From the NCBI GenBank assembly GCA_942493095.1, contig OW818675.1, forward strand, positions 330,001 to 362,000: 32,000 bases of DNA. The letters are read 5' to 3'. Positions 29,252 through 32,000 of this stretch are shown here, piece by piece. Both the position numbers and the translations under genes were made by a program. The DNA is from Candidatus Electronema halotolerans. Its GTDB lineage: Bacteria > Desulfobacterota > Desulfobulbia > Desulfobulbales > Desulfobulbaceae. Below the pieces are notes generated by a model. That model saw only the letters and a list, made by a program, of their open reading frames with translations. It searched no databases and was not told where the DNA came from. Numbering within the stretch: position 1 is the first letter of the stretch; the number at the start of each line of letters is the position of its first letter.

Positions 29252-29842
29252 ATGAAGATGAGAATGAGCAAGACCTTGTTTCTGTGCATGATCATGGCGT
29301 TGGCCGCGCCTTTGGCCATGACCGGATGCAGCAAAAAAAAACCTGCCGCTGATCAGTCTGCCGCGTCTGGCACTGATCAGAACAGCAGCGCCGCAGCGGC
29401 GGAGGGCATGGGCGAGCCTGAGCCGCTGACCACCCCGGAAGGGCAAGGGTATGACTTTGCTGGCGGTCGGCCCGGCGGCGATGGCAGCATTTCGGAAGGC
29501 CGCACCTCCGGGCCAATGCTGCCAGTTTATTTTGCCTTTGACTCCTCCCATATTGAACAGGATCAGATCAGCAGGGTCGAGCATAATGCTGATTTCATCA
29601 AGGACAACAGCGGCATCCATGTGCGGATCGAAGGCAACTGCGACGAGCGCGGCAGCAGGGAGTACAACCTTGCCTTGGGCGAGCGGCGGGCGGAAGCAGC
29701 CAAAAGATATTTGCTCAACCTTGGTGTGGCTGCGGACCGGCTGAACACTGTGAGCTGGGGCGAGGAGAAACCGCTGGTCTATGGCCAGGACGAGCAGTCC
29801 TGGGCGCAGAACCGGCGGGATGATTTTGTTCTGACTGAGTAG
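29252..29842 (+). CDS. pal: Peptidoglycan-associated lipoprotein (OmpA-family C-terminal domain)
   Basis: MKMRMSKTLFLCMIMALAAPLAMTGC (lipobox), then VYFAFDSSHI...IEGNCDERGSREYNLALGERRA...NRRDDF. Confidence 0.85.
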   Translation: MKMRMSKTLFLCMIMALAAPLAMTGCSKKKPAADQSAASGTDQNSSAAAAEGMGEPEPLTTPEGQGYDFAGGRPGGDGSISEGRTSGPMLPVYFAFDSSHIEQDQISRVEHNADFIKDNSGIHVRIEGNCDERGSREYNLALGERRAEAAKRYLLNLGVAADRLNTVSWGEEKPLVYGQDEQSWAQNRRDDFVLTE

Positions 29843-29854
29843 CAGCCGCTGTCC

Positions 29855-29896
29855 GGCAGGCCCTTTCCTGATGCGGAAGAGCCTGCCCTTTTTTTC
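29855..29896 (+). terminator. Intrinsic terminator after pal
   Basis: GGCAGGC...GCCTGCC stem with an inner TTCC/GGAA, followed by CTTTTTTT. Confidence 0.6.
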
Positions 29897-29993
29897 TCTG
29901 TGCTGTTCCTTCCCGTTTTCATATTCAAAAAAGGGCCGTTGGCCTGCGTTATTTTTTCAAATCAAAAATCACCATAGAGAGGAGGTTGAGACT

Positions 29994-30521
29994 GTGAACA
30001 GAACTGTCCAGTCATGTTGGGCCGCTGCTGTCATGGCCCTGTTTTTCCTGCTGTCCAGCGCAGCAGCATCTGCTGCCGGAACCGAACTTGCTGTTCTCAG
30101 CATTCAGGATGTGCTGACCAAGTCCTCAGCAGGTCTGTCTGCCAAAAGCAAGATGGAAAGGCGGATGAAGGAGCTGCGCAATGGGCTTGAAAAGGATAAG
30201 AAAGAATTGCTCGCCCTTCAGGATGAGATGAAGAAAAAGGCCTCTGTCTGGAGCGAGGAGAAGAAGCAGGAGGAAGGACTTGAATTCCAAAAAAAGCGCA
30301 ATGCCCTGAGCGTGAAGCAGGACAATGCCAATTTGGAAATGCGCAATCTGGAAAAGCGCTATTTGAATCCGATCATGGAAAAGCTGGAAGGCATTGTCAA
30401 AGATGTGGCTGGCAAAAAAGGCTACACAGTGGTGCTGCCCAGCACCTCTGTGCTCTACTTCAGCAACCGCGTCGATATTACGGACGAAGTCATCAAAAGC
30501 CTCAACGCCAGGATGAAATAG
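29994..30521 (+). CDS. skp: Periplasmic chaperone Skp/OmpH
   Basis: GTG start lies 8 nt after GAGGAGG. It has a signal peptide (ALFFLLSSAAASAA) and a Lys/Glu-rich coiled-coil typical of OmpH. The track start at 29871 overlaps the pal terminator. Confidence 0.8.
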   Translation: MNRTVQSCWAAAVMALFFLLSSAAASAAGTELAVLSIQDVLTKSSAGLSAKSKMERRMKELRNGLEKDKKELLALQDEMKKKASVWSEEKKQEEGLEFQKKRNALSVKQDNANLEMRNLEKRYLNPIMEKLEGIVKDVAGKKGYTVVLPSTSVLYFSNRVDITDEVIKSLNARMK

Positions 30522-30531
30522 GGGCCGCAGG

Positions 30532-31359
30532 ATGAATCCCTACCAGTTCCTGCGGCACACGCCCGGCAGCAACTGCGGCGACTGCGGCTGGCCGACCTGT
30601 CTCGCCTTTGCCGCCGCAGTCACCAAGGCCGGAGTCCAAGCTGACCGCTGTCCGCATTTGCAGCGGGAGGGACTGCCGCCGGAACTGCTTGGCATGAACA
30701 GTGCTGCTGCTGCGGATGATGCGCTGGAGCGGGGCGAGGAGAAGCGGCACACTGCCTTGGCCGCCCATCTGCGAAGCAAGATGGAAGGACTGGATTTGTC
30801 CAGCTTGGCTCCTCACCTCGGCGCGGAGTGGTCAGCGGATGACCCTGATCTGCTGCACTTTTCCTTTCTCAACCGCCCGGTGCGGCTGGGTGCAGCGGGA
30901 GTTTTTTTGGACGGCGGCGAGCCTGCTGATCCCAGAGACCAAATTCTCTTGTACAATTACGTGGCCTTATGCAGCGCAGGTCAGGCGAGAAAGCCGGAAG
31001 GCATCTGGCTGGGCATGGAGAGTCTGCCCAATTCGATAGCCAAAATCCGCACCTTGGCCACGTACTGTGAAGAGCGGCTGGCGGAACGCTTCAGCGGTCG
31101 CCTCAGCAAGCTGACCGCGCTCTGCGCCGCCTTGGCCGCAAAGCCTGCTGCGGGCCAGAGCGCGGACGCAGCCTTCCTCATTCCCGTCCTGCCCTGTGTC
31201 CCTCTCCTGCTCCTGTTCTGGGAGGCAGAGCCGGAAGACGGGTTCGCGGCCAAGGTCAAAGTGCTTGTTGATCAGCACGTCCTTGATTTTCTCGATCTGG
31301 AATCCTTGGTCTTTGCTGCTGAACGCATGGCAGACCGGCTGCTGGAGCTGGATAGCTGA
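30532..31359 (+). CDS. Fe-S cluster domain (RnfB/CdhD N-terminal type) plus DUF3786-like protein
   Basis: The N-terminus is PGSNCGDCGWPTCLAFAAAV...CPHL (4 Cys). The C-terminal part (LLYNYV..., VKVLVDQHVLDFLDLESL) resembles DUF3786 proteins. Confidence 0.65.
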   Translation: MNPYQFLRHTPGSNCGDCGWPTCLAFAAAVTKAGVQADRCPHLQREGLPPELLGMNSAAAADDALERGEEKRHTALAAHLRSKMEGLDLSSLAPHLGAEWSADDPDLLHFSFLNRPVRLGAAGVFLDGGEPADPRDQILLYNYVALCSAGQARKPEGIWLGMESLPNSIAKIRTLATYCEERLAERFSGRLSKLTALCAALAAKPAAGQSADAAFLIPVLPCVPLLLLFWEAEPEDGFAAKVKVLVDQHVLDFLDLESLVFAAERMADRLLELDS

Positions 31360-32000
31360 TGCTGGGCACGGCAGTTGACCGCTTTGCTGCAGCCAATATC
31401 CTGGTCATCGGCGATGTGATTCTTGATCAGTTCATCTGGGGCACGGTGACGCGGATTTCCCCGGAAGCGCCAGTGCCGGTGGTCAATGTGACCAAAGAGG
31501 AGCTGCTTCTTGGCGGCAGTGCCAATGTGGTGCGGAACATCATTTCGCTCAGCGGCAGGGCAGCCCTGTGCGGCATTATCGGCGATGATGCGATGGGCGC
31601 GGAATTGCTCGCCCTGATGCAGGCCGCAGGCGCGTCTGCGGACGGCTTGATCAAAGGCCGCCGTCCGACCACGATCAAAACACGGGTCGTGGCCCAGAGC
31701 CAGCAGGTGGTGCGTTATGACCGGGAGCAAGTCGGCCCGCCCTCAGCGCAGACCTTGCAGCGGCTGCTGACTTATTTGGAACAGCATCTTGCTGACTTTG
31801 ACGCAGTCTTAGTTTCTGACTATGCCAAGGGCGTGATCTGCGCCCCGCTGATGCGGCTGCTGCATGACTTGCTGACCGAACTGCGCGGGCAAGGCCGATT
31901 TCTGCCCTTGATTGTTGATCCCAAGCCGGTCAATGCCGATAAGTTCATTGGCGCGACTGTGATCACCCCGAACAACTTTGAGGCGGCCAAACTCAGCGGG
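31359..32000 (+). CDS. D-glycero-beta-D-manno-heptose-7-phosphate kinase (RfaE domain I / HldE kinase, PfkB family); runs off the window
   Basis: Not in the ORF track because it is open-ended. MLGTAVDRFAAANILVIGDVILDQFIWGTVTRISPEAPVPVV...GGSANVVRN...TTIKTRV... The start overlaps the upstream stop (TGATG). Confidence 0.8.
   Translation, partial: MLGTAVDRFAAANILVIGDVILDQFIWGTVTRISPEAPVPVVNVTKEELLLGGSANVVRNIISLSGRAALCGIIGDDAMGAELLALMQAAGASADGLIKGRRPTTIKTRVVAQSQQVVRYDREQVGPPSAQTLQRLLTYLEQHLADFDAVLVSDYAKGVICAPLMRLLHDLLTELRGQGRFLPLIVDPKPVNADKFIGATVITPNNFEAAKLSG

Noticed and set aside
29333-29341. A9 homopolymer just after the Pal lipobox (C-S-K-K-K-P) as a possible phase-variation tract
   Set aside because: Lys-rich linkers encoded by AAA runs are common after lipoprotein signal peptides. 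The run is at the lower limit for slippage, and pal is an unlikely phase-variable gene.
1-32000. Search by eye for CRISPR arrays, tRNA/rRNA genes, reverse transcriptase/retron or DGR signatures, and long tandem repeats
   Set aside because: No regularly spaced direct repeats, no cloverleaf-like or rRNA-like segments and no YxDD-type RT ORF were seen. The only repeats found are the IS1 ends and local hairpins reported above. A tRNAscan/Infernal run would be needed to exclude small RNAs formally.

Overview
This is a 32-kb chromosomal segment of a Gram-negative bacterium. Gene content (Pal, Skp, heptose kinase, homospermidine synthase, CHAD, Fe-S/DUF3786, GT35 glucan phosphorylase) and moderate GC suggest a Desulfobacterota/deltaproteobacterium-like organism, but that is inference only. 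I support about 36 protein genes, mostly housekeeping or metabolic. They are interrupted by visibly AT-richer accessory patches at about 1350-2170, 7160-7720, 14000-16060, 18780-19030 and 23700-25100. By eye I found no rRNA, tRNA or CRISPR array, and no convincing multi-gene defence-type system. The observations most worth a second look are: (1) gyrB is interrupted by a 189-aa endonuclease-less mini-intein exactly inside the Toprim EGDSAGG/SAKQGRDR motif. (2) A near-consensus promoter followed by a roughly 185-nt multi-hairpin leader precedes a PR-1/CAP-domain lipoprotein gene, and its 3' half resembles the GEMM-I (c-di-GMP) riboswitch signature. (3) A consensus promoter plus a strong intrinsic terminator lies in the leader of homospermidine synthase. 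(4) An intact single-ORF IS1-family element has a perfect 8-bp target duplication and an A9 tract where classical IS1 has its frameshift site. A solo inverted IS1 end and an IS481-like remnant lie 8.6 kb away, so IS1 ends bracket gyrB. (5) A BrnT/BrnA-type toxin-antitoxin locus carries three separate lesions. (6) A translationally coupled ketoreductase-dehydratase-enoylreductase trio has no KS or ACP nearby. (7) glgP, a hypothetical gene and a radical-SAM gene form one operon. (8) Two promoter-equipped small secreted peptide genes are present, one of them below the ORF-track cutoff. Long antisense 'shadow' ORFs in the track were rejected.
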